A DNA stretch of 64,000 bases from an uncultured virus (IMG/VR IMGVR_UViG_3300044843_001063). Taxonomy: Duplodnaviria; Heunggongvirae; Uroviricota; Caudoviricetes. Both the position numbers and the translations under genes were made by a program. How positions within the stretch are numbered: the first letter of the stretch is position 1; every line of letters starts with the position of its first letter. A model generated the notes under the pieces. The model was not told where the DNA came from and ran no database searches. It saw only the letters and a list, made by a program, of their open reading frames with translations. Location of the stretch: IMG/VR virus record IMGVR_UViG_3300044843_001063; one strand, written 5' to 3'. Of this stretch, positions 10,031 through 19,274 are shown piece after piece.

Positions 10031-10034
10031 ACTT

Positions 10035-10490
10035 ATGCAAGAATTAAAAATAGATCAAGAGGGAAATAAGTTTTATTACTATAATGGCCAGTTCCATCGA
10101 GAAGATGGTCCAGCGATAGAACGGACTAATGGAGATAAAGAATATTATCGTTATGGGGTTCTTCATCGAGAAGATGACCCAGCCATAGAATATGTTGATG
10201 GAAGTAAAGAATATTGGGTTAATGGCCGATTACATCGAGACGCTGGCCCTGCTACAGATTATCCTAATGGACATAAATTCTGGTATCTTCATGGTCAACG
10301 TCATCGAGAAGATGGTCCAGCAGTAGAATATACTGATGGAAGCAAATGGTGGTATCTTAATGGTAAATTACATCGAGAAGATGGCCCTGCGAAAGAATTT
10401 TCTAATGGAGATAAATTCTGGTATCTTCAAGGCAAAAACTATTCAGAAGAAGAATATTGGCGTTTAGTTAAGTTGAAAGCTTTGTGGTAA
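10035..10490 (+). CDS. HREDGPA-repeat protein
   Basis: 5 repeats, KLKALW. Confidence 0.85.
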   Translation: MQELKIDQEGNKFYYYNGQFHREDGPAIERTNGDKEYYRYGVLHREDDPAIEYVDGSKEYWVNGRLHRDAGPATDYPNGHKFWYLHGQRHREDGPAVEYTDGSKWWYLNGKLHREDGPAKEFSNGDKFWYLQGKNYSEEEYWRLVKLKALW

Positions 10491-10511
10491 TTTTTAAAAA
10501 TACAGCTCCCC

Positions 10512-10539
10512 TTGCGTCCAATTTATTAAATATTACATT
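10512..10539 (+). promoter_or_regulatory. sigma70-like promoter
   Basis: TTGCGT-N16-TACATT. Confidence 0.45.
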
Positions 10540-10580
10540 GAGTCTTGGAGACCGGGAACCCAAATAAAAAGGAAAAAATT

Positions 10581-11042
10581 ATGAATTCATTAGACAATGA
10601 AGTGAGAAGTGTAATTACTGAATTTATGTCGCAGGACAAATTATTTACTGCTTTAGATGTCAGCAAAAAAGTTAAATTAACCTGTCCTTTTGCTCGACAT
10701 TCTGAAGTTAGAGAATTGGTTCGTCAAATGTTTAAGACTGACATTGTGCCATTACATTGGAATCGCACTTTAATTTCAGTGACCTTAGCTGATGGAACTG
10801 TAACTGATACTTTTTTGTATCATCCAGTGCCAGCTCCAGCTAATGTAGCGGATGTTTACCAACAAGCTTCAATAAACGTTACGCCATACGCCGATCCTTC
10901 TGGACAATTATCATTATTTGCTAATACCGTTGCCTCTTCTTCTACTCCGGTTGCACCGACTCCGGTTACACCGACTCCAGTCTCAGCAAAAGATAGATGG
11001 GCAGATTTATTTAATTCCGCATCTTTGTTTCCTGGAAAATAA
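10581..11042 (+). CDS. hypothetical protein with Pro/Thr-rich linker
   Basis: Start MNSLDNEV after AAGGA; TPVAPTPVTPTPVS. Confidence 0.65.
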   Translation: MNSLDNEVRSVITEFMSQDKLFTALDVSKKVKLTCPFARHSEVRELVRQMFKTDIVPLHWNRTLISVTLADGTVTDTFLYHPVPAPANVADVYQQASINVTPYADPSGQLSLFANTVASSSTPVAPTPVTPTPVSAKDRWADLFNSASLFPGK

Positions 11043-11428
11043 TGCAAGAAATTAAGATAGATTCATTTGGCTCTAAAAGATATTATTGGAATGGTCAGCT
11101 ACATCGAGAAGATGGTCCGGCAATAGAATATACTAATGGATATAAACAATGGTGTTTTCATGGAGACATCCATCGAGAAAATGGGCCAGCTATAGAGTGG
11201 GCTAATGGAGATAAAGAATGGTATTTTCATGGCAAATTACATCGAGAAGACGGTCCAGCAATAGAATATACTACTGGTGGTAAAATTTGGTATCTTCATG
11301 GTCAAAAACATAGAATAGCTGGTCCAGCCAGATTATTTCCTAATGGACATAAAGAATGGTGGCTTCAAAATAAACAATATTCAGAGAAAGAATATTGGAG
11401 AGTAGTTAAGTTGAAATACTTATGGTAA
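11042..11428 (+). CDS. HREDGPA-repeat protein
   Basis: 4 repeats, KLKYLW. Confidence 0.85.
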   Translation: MQEIKIDSFGSKRYYWNGQLHREDGPAIEYTNGYKQWCFHGDIHRENGPAIEWANGDKEWYFHGKLHREDGPAIEYTTGGKIWYLHGQKHRIAGPARLFPNGHKEWWLQNKQYSEKEYWRVVKLKYLW

Positions 11429-11432
11429 AGTT

Positions 11433-11843
11433 ATGCAAGAAATTAAAATAGATAACTGGGGTATTAAAAGATATTATTTAAATAATCAGCTTCATCGAAC
11501 AGATGGTCCAGCGGTAGAATATGATAAGTCTGGAGAAGGAGAATGGTATCTCAATGGAGAGCGCCATCGAGAAGATGGTCCGGCGGTAGAATATGCTACT
11601 GGATCTAAATATTGGTTTCGTCATGATAAATTACATCGAGAAGATGGTCCTGCCGTAGAATCTGCTTATGGAGATAAAGAATGGTATTATCATGGTAAAC
11701 TTCATCGAGAAGATGGTCCAGCGATAGAATATGGTGTTAATTCAATTAAAGGATCTGCTGGAACTAAAGAATATTATCTTAACGGTCTGAAATATTCAGA
11801 AGAAGAATATTGCCGTGTTTTTAAGTTAAAAGCTTTATGGTAA
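11433..11843 (+). CDS. HREDGPA-repeat protein
   Basis: 4 repeats, KLKALW. Confidence 0.85.
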   Translation: MQEIKIDNWGIKRYYLNNQLHRTDGPAVEYDKSGEGEWYLNGERHREDGPAVEYATGSKYWFRHDKLHREDGPAVESAYGDKEWYYHGKLHREDGPAIEYGVNSIKGSAGTKEYYLNGLKYSEEEYCRVFKLKALW

Positions 11844-11846
11844 AAT

Positions 11847-12158
11847 ATGCAAGAAATTAAAGAAGATATATATGGAAAATATTATTATTGGAATGGTCTG
11901 CTCCATCGAGAAGATGGGCCAGCAGTAGAATATACTAATGGATATAAACAATGGTATCTTCATGGTCAACGTCATCGAGAAGACGGTCCGGCCATAGAAT
12001 ATGATGATGTCAAATGGTGGTACTATCATGGTAACCTACATCGAGAAAATGGCCCGGCGGTAGAATATGCTGATGGAAGTAAACAATGGTTTCTTCAAGG
12101 TAAAAACTATTCAGAAGAAGAATATTGGAGAGTTGTTAAATTAAAAGCTTTATGGTAA
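11847..12158 (+). CDS. HREDGPA-repeat protein
   Basis: 3 repeats, KLKALW. Confidence 0.85.
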   Translation: MQEIKEDIYGKYYYWNGLLHREDGPAVEYTNGYKQWYLHGQRHREDGPAIEYDDVKWWYYHGNLHRENGPAVEYADGSKQWFLQGKNYSEEEYWRVVKLKALW

Positions 12159-12162
12159 AGTA

Positions 12163-12411
12163 ATGCAAGAAATTAAAATAGATGAACGTGGAACTAAAAG
12201 ATATTGTTGGAATGGTAAGTTGCATCGAGTAGGTAGTCCTGCGATAGAATGGTCTAATGGTAATGAAGAATGGTGGTTTAATGGTCAGCGACATCGAGCA
12301 GATGGACCAGCCATAGAATATGCTGGTGGAAGTAAAAAGTTTTATCTTCAAGATAAACACTATTTAGAGGAAGAATATTGGCGAATTGTTAAATTAAAAG
12401 CTTTATGGTAA
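12163..12411 (+). CDS. HREDGPA-repeat protein
   Basis: 2 repeats, KLKALW. Confidence 0.85.
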   Translation: MQEIKIDERGTKRYCWNGKLHRVGSPAIEWSNGNEEWWFNGQRHRADGPAIEYAGGSKKFYLQDKHYLEEEYWRIVKLKALW

Positions 12412-12846
12412 AAAATCTTGTCGACCTAATTTGCTTGGTAAATTAAGAAGCTTAGTCAAACTATTCACCGACACCTGAGATAATAATTTATGTTTTCCAA
12501 AATCAATTTGGTTTTCTTGCAGAAAATGATCAATTTCTGTTTGCATTCGATGTAAACGTTCTTGAGTATCAGGATGTAATATAAAATTAATAATGCGAAG
12601 AACACTTTCCGTCATATTATGCCCGGAAACTTCTTTGTTCAATCTCACTAATTGATAGAATATCTGTACCAATTCTTTCCATTGTGGTTCCGGATAATCT
12701 TTCATCCGCAAAGCTAAGAGATCCCCTTCCATCTCATTAACAATGCTCGTTAACTCTTTCGATAAATCTATCCCCATCTCCTCTTGTCCGAGAGAAGTTT
12801 TGAAATAAAATTGGTCTGCTAACTTAAGAATGTTTGATAATTCCAT
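12403..12846 (-). CDS. hypothetical helical protein
   Basis: Minus-strand ORF, likely start MELSNILKLA; converges on the array. Confidence 0.6.
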   Translation of the reverse strand: MELSNILKLADQFYFKTSLGQEEMGIDLSKELTSIVNEMEGDLLALRMKDYPEPQWKELVQIFYQLVRLNKEVSGHNMTESVLRIINFILHPDTQERLHRMQTEIDHFLQENQIDFGKHKLLSQVSVNSLTKLLNLPSKLGRQDFLP

Positions 12847-13471
12847 GCATAATAATGTAAAAATATTCAATAATTTACAAGAATTTTGGGATTATTTTGA
12901 ATTTTGCCCCATTTGTCAACAAAATAATCGCCACATCTATCAAATCGGGTTTTTACCACCTTATGTGGCTAAAGAAACATTCACTAAACAATCCGAAATA
13001 TTACATATTGCCGCAGTATTTAGTATTAATCAACATGCTTACTCAGGTACTTTACAATTAAATTGTCAAAATAATACCTTTAACTTTTCATTAAAAGAAT
13101 TTATCTTCTTAACGAATGCTAAATTTAAAAACATTTTATCTTGTTATTTAAAAGCGGATTGTTTTCATTGTAACTGTAGTTACATTCATGGCCTTATTCA
13201 GTTAAATCTATTAACTCAAACCATTTCCAATTTTGATATTGTGCGTGAAGTAGTTCATTTACTTGATTATGAAGATAAATTTAATATTCAATTAAAGTTT
13301 AAAGACAATGAAATGCAGATATCACAATATACTTCACTTAATATTGGTGAAAATAATCAACCATTGTTAGTTGATGATAATCAAGTGATGACTCTACCTC
13401 TGGTTCCTTTAGATTTTACCAATATTCCAAAAGTTATTTCTCGATTAAAAACTATGATGCTGTTATTTTAG
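12845..13471 (+). CDS. hypothetical protein with CxxC pairs
   Basis: CPIC..CFHC; layout resembles 47504-48070; start uncertain. Confidence 0.6.
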   Translation: MHNNVKIFNNLQEFWDYFEFCPICQQNNRHIYQIGFLPPYVAKETFTKQSEILHIAAVFSINQHAYSGTLQLNCQNNTFNFSLKEFIFLTNAKFKNILSCYLKADCFHCNCSYIHGLIQLNLLTQTISNFDIVREVVHLLDYEDKFNIQLKFKDNEMQISQYTSLNIGENNQPLLVDDNQVMTLPLVPLDFTNIPKVISRLKTMMLLF

Positions 13472-13533
13472 CCGCATGCAATAACCCTGCCAACCGCCCG
13501 CGCTCCCAGCGACTAAATTTTTTTACGCGGACC

Positions 13534-13562
13534 TTGACATACCGCTAAGGTGGGATTATATT
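13534..13562 (+). promoter_or_regulatory. sigma70-type promoter
   Basis: TTGACA-N17-TATATT with upstream T-tract. Confidence 0.7.
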
Positions 13563-13594
13563 TTAACCGTGTCAACAAGCAGAAGACAGAGCAG

Positions 13595-13806
13595 CAATGG
13601 AAGCTGGAATCCTTAAATATCCAGACTATGTCTCCATGGTCTAATGGAAGGGCAGCGGGCTTCTAATCCGCTTTATGTAGGTTCGAGTCCTACTGGAGAT
13701 GCCAAGTGATAATTATCCCTAACAATGGAAGCTAGAATCCTTAAATATCTAGACGAGCAACCCTCTGTGGGCTGCAATGGAAGCTGGAATCCTTAAATAT
13801 CCAGAC
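13595..13806 (+). repeat. 32-nt hairpin repeat, 3 copies (13595, 13723, 13775)
   Basis: CAATGGAAGCT(G/A)GAATCCTTAAATATC(C/T)AGAC. Confidence 0.95.
13630..13704 (+). tRNA. tRNA-Arg(TCT)
   Basis: Acceptor GTCTCCA/TGGAGAT; anticodon arm GCGGG-CTTCTAA-TCCGC; T-loop GTTCGAGTC; encoded CCA. Confidence 0.92.
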
Positions 13807-14023
13807 TACGTAGGAACTTTATGATTAAATTAATTTACGACCAGGCAGTTGCCAAACTAAGTAACCAAAAAGATAATTTAGATCAATTAATTAAAGAAAC
13901 TACAGGATCCGAAATTGGCAATTTTATCCAAAGGGTGTTGAGTTGGTATCATGATGAAACTAAGAAACAGTTCCTTTGGGAAATATTTAATAAAGTCTTT
14001 GATTTAAGTCCTGTTTTGTTCAT

Positions 14024-15295
14024 GATTTTTAGGCAAGGACACCCTCAGCCTTGTGCTGAGGGAGGAATTGCCTCTCCTTTCTGCTATCTAAATAATTTTT
14101 TCTTTTACACAAAACTTCCTATATTTATAGGATATATCACTACATATGAGGTTAAATAGAACGGTCAAATTAAAACTTGATGTCAAGGCAGAAGAAATTC
14201 TACCTTCACTTCAGGCGTATACTGCTGCTTTTAATCTTGTCTGTCAAGTAGGTTACAAGAACAAAATAACTAATTCTATTAAACTGCATAAATTAACCTA
14301 CCAAGATTGTCGAACTAACTTTAATTTACCGTCTCAATTAGCTATTTCTGCTAGAACTAAAGCCACTGAAGCTTTAAAAGCCATTAAGAGTAAAAATAAG
14401 TATAGTAAATGTCCACAGTCAAAGTTAGCTGCTATTCGACTAGATTGTAATAGCTACTCTATCGCTAAATCTGGAGTTGTATCTATTCTGACTCTTGCTG
14501 GCAGAAAGAAAATTAAACTAGATATTCCTAGATATTATCAGCATTACTTTACTGATTGGAAATATACTAGTGCTGACCTTCTGATTAAGAAGAATACTGT
14601 CTATTTGCATATCTCTTTTGAGAAAGAAAGAGAAGACGTAAAATCAAACGGTAAGTTTTTAGGAATAGATCGAGGTATCAAAAAGTTAGCCGTTACTTCA
14701 GATAATAAGTTTTATTGCGGAAGTAAATTAAAGTCAATATGTAATAAATATAAAGCATTAAGAAGAAAATTACAGCAAAGTGGTAGTCAATCTGCTAAAA
14801 GACATCTTAAATACCTTTCAGGTAAAGAAAAACGGTTTAAGGCAGACATTAACCATCAGATTAGCAAACAGATTATTAATAGTTTAAATCCAGGCGACAC
14901 TCTAGTATTAGAAAAATTAACTGGTATTAGAAGATTACGTATGAGAAAACCTCAGAGATCAGCCTTGAATAGTTGGAATTATTATCAACTAGAGCAGTTC
15001 CTAATTTATAAAGGTCAGGCAAAAGGCATACAAGTAGTCCATGTTAATCCTGCTTATACGAGTCAACAGTGCAGCAAATGCAATTATGTTGATAAGAAAA
15101 ACAGGAAGACTCAAACTAACTTTTGTTGTCAAGGATGTGAATTTAAACTAAATGCAGACTTAAATGCTAGTAGAAATATTAGCAGACGAGCATTAGATGA
15201 CTATATGTTGTTTAATGGGGCTGAAGTCAATCAGCCTATGGTAGGAGCAGCGAAGCTACTTACAAGCCACCAGCCTTGTGCTGGTGGTAATTGAC
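14024..15295 (+). mobile_element. non-autonomous IS200/IS605-family (IS1341-like) element
   Basis: Inserted 3' of TCAT; LE hairpin 14042-14062; RE hairpin CCACCAGC-CTTGT-GCTGGTGG then TTGAC; no target duplication; no tnpA. Confidence 0.9.
14146..15294 (+). CDS. tnpB: RNA-guided endonuclease TnpB
   Basis: RuvC GIDRG / VLEKL / NADLNA; zinc finger YTSQQCSKC..CQGC. Confidence 0.92.
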   Translation: MRLNRTVKLKLDVKAEEILPSLQAYTAAFNLVCQVGYKNKITNSIKLHKLTYQDCRTNFNLPSQLAISARTKATEALKAIKSKNKYSKCPQSKLAAIRLDCNSYSIAKSGVVSILTLAGRKKIKLDIPRYYQHYFTDWKYTSADLLIKKNTVYLHISFEKEREDVKSNGKFLGIDRGIKKLAVTSDNKFYCGSKLKSICNKYKALRRKLQQSGSQSAKRHLKYLSGKEKRFKADINHQISKQIINSLNPGDTLVLEKLTGIRRLRMRKPQRSALNSWNYYQLEQFLIYKGQAKGIQVVHVNPAYTSQQCSKCNYVDKKNRKTQTNFCCQGCEFKLNADLNASRNISRRALDDYMLFNGAEVNQPMVGAAKLLTSHQPCAGGN

Positions 15296-15591
15296 GGATA
15301 CTTTTCATGGTTTTGTGGTAAATTGTTTATTGGATGATTCTGCTTTTCGAGTAGAATATCGTAAGCTGTTTATAGACGAAAACTATGATTTGGTTTGGGA
15401 AAATAATGAACACAAAACGGTTCTTTCATCTAAAGATGACCCAGACTCAGATCCGGTTGTCATTTGGGATAATGATGGAACTCAAAAAGTATCTTTATTG
15501 ATGGAAGCGATGGATCATGCTGAATTGCGCCATCTGCGAAGGCAGCAACAGAACGAAAAAATAAAGGAAATGTTTAGCGAAATTCGCGGCA

Positions 15592-15850
15592 GCTCCTAGC
15601 AACTAAATTTTTTTTCTGCGCACTTAAGTACATCAATGGAAGCTGGAATCCTTAAATATTCAGACGTAGCGGCAGCAATGAAAGCTGGAATAGTTAAATA
15701 TCCAAACAATATCCAGATGCAAAATCCGTGCCAAGGGGTGCGTCGCTGCTCCCAGCGACTAAATTTTTTTCTGCGTACCTAAGCACAGACGATCGGTATC
15801 TCCGTGTGGCATAGGTAGCGATGGAAGCTAGAATCCTTAAATATCTAGAC
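15592..15850 (+). repeat. second cluster of the 32-nt repeat (15634, 15676 degenerate, 15819) plus GCTCC(C/T)AGC(G/A)ACTAAATTTTTTT repeat (15592, 15748; also 13502)
   Basis: Direct sequence comparison. Confidence 0.9.
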
Positions 15851-15882
15851 AATGTCTAGAAAAAACAATAGAAAGGGCCTAC

Positions 15883-16179
15883 ATGCCACGACCAACATCA
15901 ATTACCCCAGAGGATTTAGCGAGATGGGATAAATTAATAGAAGAAGAATTAGATACTAACTTATCTAGTAATTTACTGTTTCGAGAAGTTTGTTATGCCG
16001 GACAATGGTTAGCAGAACAATTGCATCAATTGAATTGTTCCGATGAAATGATTGTCAGAATTATTTTTACCGCCGGCCGACTCTCCTTTGGAAGAGATCC
16101 TTGGGAAATTTCAACAATGTTATTAACAGGTTATCAAAATAATGAACTTAAATACGAAGACCCTAAATTAATTAATTAA
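15883..16179 (+). CDS. hypothetical protein
   Basis: 98-aa ORF with SD-like AAGGG. Confidence 0.65.
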   Translation: MPRPTSITPEDLARWDKLIEEELDTNLSSNLLFREVCYAGQWLAEQLHQLNCSDEMIVRIIFTAGRLSFGRDPWEISTMLLTGYQNNELKYEDPKLIN

Positions 16180-16242
16180 TTAATTAGCAATTCTAAAAAT
16201 TATATTTTATAAGTAAATGGTTATTTATAAAATTTGTAAGTA

Positions 16243-16270
16243 TTGACACGACATTTTTAATGTTTACATT
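16243..16270 (+). promoter_or_regulatory. sigma70-type promoter
   Basis: TTGACA-N16-TACATT. Confidence 0.6.
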
Positions 16271-16304
16271 AAGTAAAATTCAAAATATTGGAGATTGACG
16301 CAAC

Positions 16305-17438
16305 ATGGCAAAGAAAAAGCAAGATGAACAGGTAATGGCTACTTCGGACTTCAACCTAGAGAAGTTGAGCACCAAAGATTTATCAACCCACATCGCTTCG
16401 ACTATTAAGGTTGGAGGAAATGTGGCGATCTTTGGCCGCAGAGGTACTGGTAAGACTGAAATCTCGAAACAAGAGATTAAGAAAGCCGAGGCTGCCGAGG
16501 TATACATTAACCTTTCCGTGATGGAACGAGTAGATTTGGGAGGATATCCCAATATCATGGGAGGTTCCTCGCAAAGGAAGTTTGTCGACTTCTTACTGCC
16601 GCAGTTCTATGAGCAGATGATTTCTGGTGATAAACCAGTGGTTGCTCTTCTAGACGAAGTGGATAAGGCAGACCCCAGTCTGTGGGCGCCGTTACTAGAG
16701 TTTACTCAGTTCCATTCGATCAATGGTCAGAAACTCAATAACCTACAAGCCGTTATCATGACTGGTAACTTAATTTCTGAAGGTGGTATGCGTCCCAGTC
16801 TACCTCTCTTAGATAGAGCAGAGAAGTATCTAGTAGAAGCGGATGCTAACTCTTGGTTAGAGTGGGCTGGTAAGTCGGGACGGATTCATCCATCTATTAC
16901 GGCCTATATTACGGATCATCCGAAGGACCTATTTGGCGCAGTTGATCCAGAGGATCGTTATGCAGATCCTTCACCCCGAGGTTGGGCAGGAGCTTCTGAA
17001 ATGCTCTTCAAGGGCGAAGAATTAGGTTGGGGAACAGACCTTCTGAATAAGAAGGTGTGTGGGCGTGTAGGTAAAGATGCTGGTATTAAGTACAGCAATT
17101 ATTATGAGCACTACCAGCAGTTATTGCCGATGGTCGATAAGATCTATCGCAACGAAGATGTGAGTCATGAGTATCGTGGTTTGGAGCCCACCAAGAAGCT
17201 GGTCATTTGTATGATTGTGTGTGCACGACTGGCATCTCTCCTTGACCAAGGTGCAAATAAGGCGAGTAAGGCAGCGATTACTCACGTAGGTAATTTTTTG
17301 AATAACGTGAGTCCAGAGTTATTATTGATTTCGGTGAGAAGTCAGATTCAATTGGAGCGGGTGATGAAACATAAGATGGATGACCACCCTGCTTGGGAAC
17401 CATTCTTGGCCAAGTTGAATGCTTCGTTGAAGTCCTGA
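16305..17438 (+). CDS. MoxR-like AAA+ ATPase
   Basis: Walker A GRRGTGKT; Walker B LLDEVDKA; MTGN; PSPRGW. Confidence 0.88.
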   Translation: MAKKKQDEQVMATSDFNLEKLSTKDLSTHIASTIKVGGNVAIFGRRGTGKTEISKQEIKKAEAAEVYINLSVMERVDLGGYPNIMGGSSQRKFVDFLLPQFYEQMISGDKPVVALLDEVDKADPSLWAPLLEFTQFHSINGQKLNNLQAVIMTGNLISEGGMRPSLPLLDRAEKYLVEADANSWLEWAGKSGRIHPSITAYITDHPKDLFGAVDPEDRYADPSPRGWAGASEMLFKGEELGWGTDLLNKKVCGRVGKDAGIKYSNYYEHYQQLLPMVDKIYRNEDVSHEYRGLEPTKKLVICMIVCARLASLLDQGANKASKAAITHVGNFLNNVSPELLLISVRSQIQLERVMKHKMDDHPAWEPFLAKLNASLKS

Positions 17439-17475
17439 GATAAGTAGTAGGCATATTAAGTATGGGAGTTAAATA

Positions 17476-19128
17476 ATGCAGTTTTCTAAAGTGATTGGAA
17501 AAATTGATCCAAAATTAGTGGAACAAGCCGAAGAGAAGCTATCTCAAATTTTCATTGATTTAGGTACTCAATATAAGAACGTGTATGTGGGTAGCGGTTT
17601 GGGAGGAGATCCATTAATTTTCGGATTAATGTATCCTGTCGAGCACATCTGCACTATGAATATGCCTACTGCTGCTACCGATGGTAAGAGATATTATTGG
17701 AATCCTAAGTTTGTGTTAAAGCAAACTAAGATTGGATTACGTATTATCTGTAGCCATGAAGCGTGGCATGCTATTTACATGCACCCTCAACGAAGAGGTT
17801 CGAGACTTCCTAAGTTGTGGAATATTGCCGTTGACTATATCGTTAATAATATGGTGATGGAAGACCTGAAGGCACGAGGTTTTGATCCGAAAGAAAAGTT
17901 TACTACTCATTTAGGCAAGTATATGCTGTTAGAAGAGTATGCTGAACTGCTTAAAAATCCTTTTAAGCCACCGGCTGGTTTTGAGGATCTTCTTAAGAAG
18001 AAAGAAGCTTCTTCATCGGTAGCTTTACCGGCTCCCGATGAGGATCGCGAATTAACTCCAGAGGAAATTGAAGAGTTAGAGCGTCAAGAAAAGCGTGAAA
18101 CTTTTTATTTTGCCGATCCTGATTTATCGGAGGAGATGAAGCGACCAGAAAAGATTTACGACTATTTGTATGGTTTATTGCCCAAATGTCCAAAATGTGG
18201 TTCTGTTGGCTTATATAAGCCTCCTCCCAAAAATAAGGATAAGGGGCAAGACTCTTCTGGTCAAGACGACAAGAATGACCAAGCGCAATCTAAGTCGAAG
18301 GGCAAAGGAAAAGGTAAGAAAAACGATCAGCATGACCATGGTGATGGTAATTCTTGCGGTTGCCCTGATGGCCAATCAGGAGACCAACCTGGTGAAGGCC
18401 AAGGTTGTTGTGATGGCGGTTTAGATATTTTCGGATTAGGTGGAACTGTAGATGACCACATGGATACTTCTGAGTCTGAGGAAAAACTCGCTAAGCGTAT
18501 TGCGGATGCGATGACTGTGGCTCAAAAGATGGCTGGTCATGTACCATCTGCCTTAGAAGATGAATTGGGACTGTTAACTGCTCCTAAAGTAAGTGCCAAA
18601 GATTTTATTAGGACTCGCCTATTAAAAGCTAGGGCTGGTAATGGTCGTAATGATTGGACTCGTTTTAGAACTCGACCCATGTTTAGTGGTTTACTCGTTC
18701 CTAAACGAAGAAATTATTATGCCCATTTTGGTTGTCTACTTGATACCAGCGGCTCGATGAGCCCGGATGATATGGCTTTCGGTCTTTCGCAATTAGCTGC
18801 ACTTGATGAGAGATCAGAAGGTACGGTAGTCCCGGCAGATGCAGAGATTTATTGGGAGCAAGCTACTAAGCTTAAGAAAGCTAATTTTGAAGAGCTATCT
18901 AAAGTCAAAGTAGTGGGTCGAGGAGGAACCAAATACGCTGAATTCTTTGATGACTATCTAGATAAAATTGGAGAGTGCGACTTTTTAATTGTTATTACTG
19001 ATGGTTATCTGTTAGATACAGATGTGGCCGAAATGAAAAATCCCGGCAAAGATGTTATTTGGCTATTAACTGCTAATAGTTCATTTAACGCGCCATTTGG
19101 TCGAGTCTTTGATTTACATAGCATGTGA
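17476..19128 (+). CDS. DUF2201-type metallopeptidase + VWA-like protein
   Basis: TAATDG, HEAWH, WNIAVDYIVN; MIDAS LDTSGSM; GRGGT; ITDGY. Confidence 0.88.
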   Translation: MQFSKVIGKIDPKLVEQAEEKLSQIFIDLGTQYKNVYVGSGLGGDPLIFGLMYPVEHICTMNMPTAATDGKRYYWNPKFVLKQTKIGLRIICSHEAWHAIYMHPQRRGSRLPKLWNIAVDYIVNNMVMEDLKARGFDPKEKFTTHLGKYMLLEEYAELLKNPFKPPAGFEDLLKKKEASSSVALPAPDEDRELTPEEIEELERQEKRETFYFADPDLSEEMKRPEKIYDYLYGLLPKCPKCGSVGLYKPPPKNKDKGQDSSGQDDKNDQAQSKSKGKGKGKKNDQHDHGDGNSCGCPDGQSGDQPGEGQGCCDGGLDIFGLGGTVDDHMDTSESEEKLAKRIADAMTVAQKMAGHVPSALEDELGLLTAPKVSAKDFIRTRLLKARAGNGRNDWTRFRTRPMFSGLLVPKRRNYYAHFGCLLDTSGSMSPDDMAFGLSQLAALDERSEGTVVPADAEIYWEQATKLKKANFEELSKVKVVGRGGTKYAEFFDDYLDKIGECDFLIVITDGYLLDTDVAEMKNPGKDVIWLLTANSSFNAPFGRVFDLHSM

Positions 19129-19147
19129 GCTATATCTCTTTTTGATG

Positions 19148-19184
19148 TGTTATAGGGGTGGTGTTATTAGTCACCCCTATAACA
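19148..19184 (+). terminator. strong stem-loop after the AAA/VWA operon
   Basis: TGTTATAGGGGTG / CACCCCTATAACA 13-bp inverted repeat; no U-tract on + strand. Confidence 0.55.
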
Positions 19185-19197
19185 TCGCGAGACTAAA

Positions 19198-19272
19198 ATG
19201 AGTTATTTTGAAATAGTTTTCATAGCCGCCCTATTAATTATAGGGTTATTTATTAACTTAAATAAAGAGTAA
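19198..19272 (+). CDS. small membrane peptide
   Basis: MSYFEIVFIAALLIIGLFINLNKE fills the gap before the next gene. Confidence 0.4.
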   Translation: MSYFEIVFIAALLIIGLFINLNKE

Positions 19273-19274
19273 TT

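Larger units (their letters stand above)
13821..15599 (+). pseudogene. hypothetical gene split by the IS at 14024-15295
   Basis: Removing 14024-15295 joins ..SPVLF-M-DTFHGFVVNC.. in frame (168 aa). Confidence 0.8.

Noticed and set aside
14024..15295. IStron (group I intron-IS chimera)
   Set aside because: Only about 120 nt lie between the left end and tnpB, with no room for or motifs of a group I core
13595..15850. CRISPR array associated with the TnpB
   Set aside because: Spacers are irregular (10-110 nt, one is a tRNA), there are no cas genes, and the TnpB lies in its own IS with defined ends inserted in a gene
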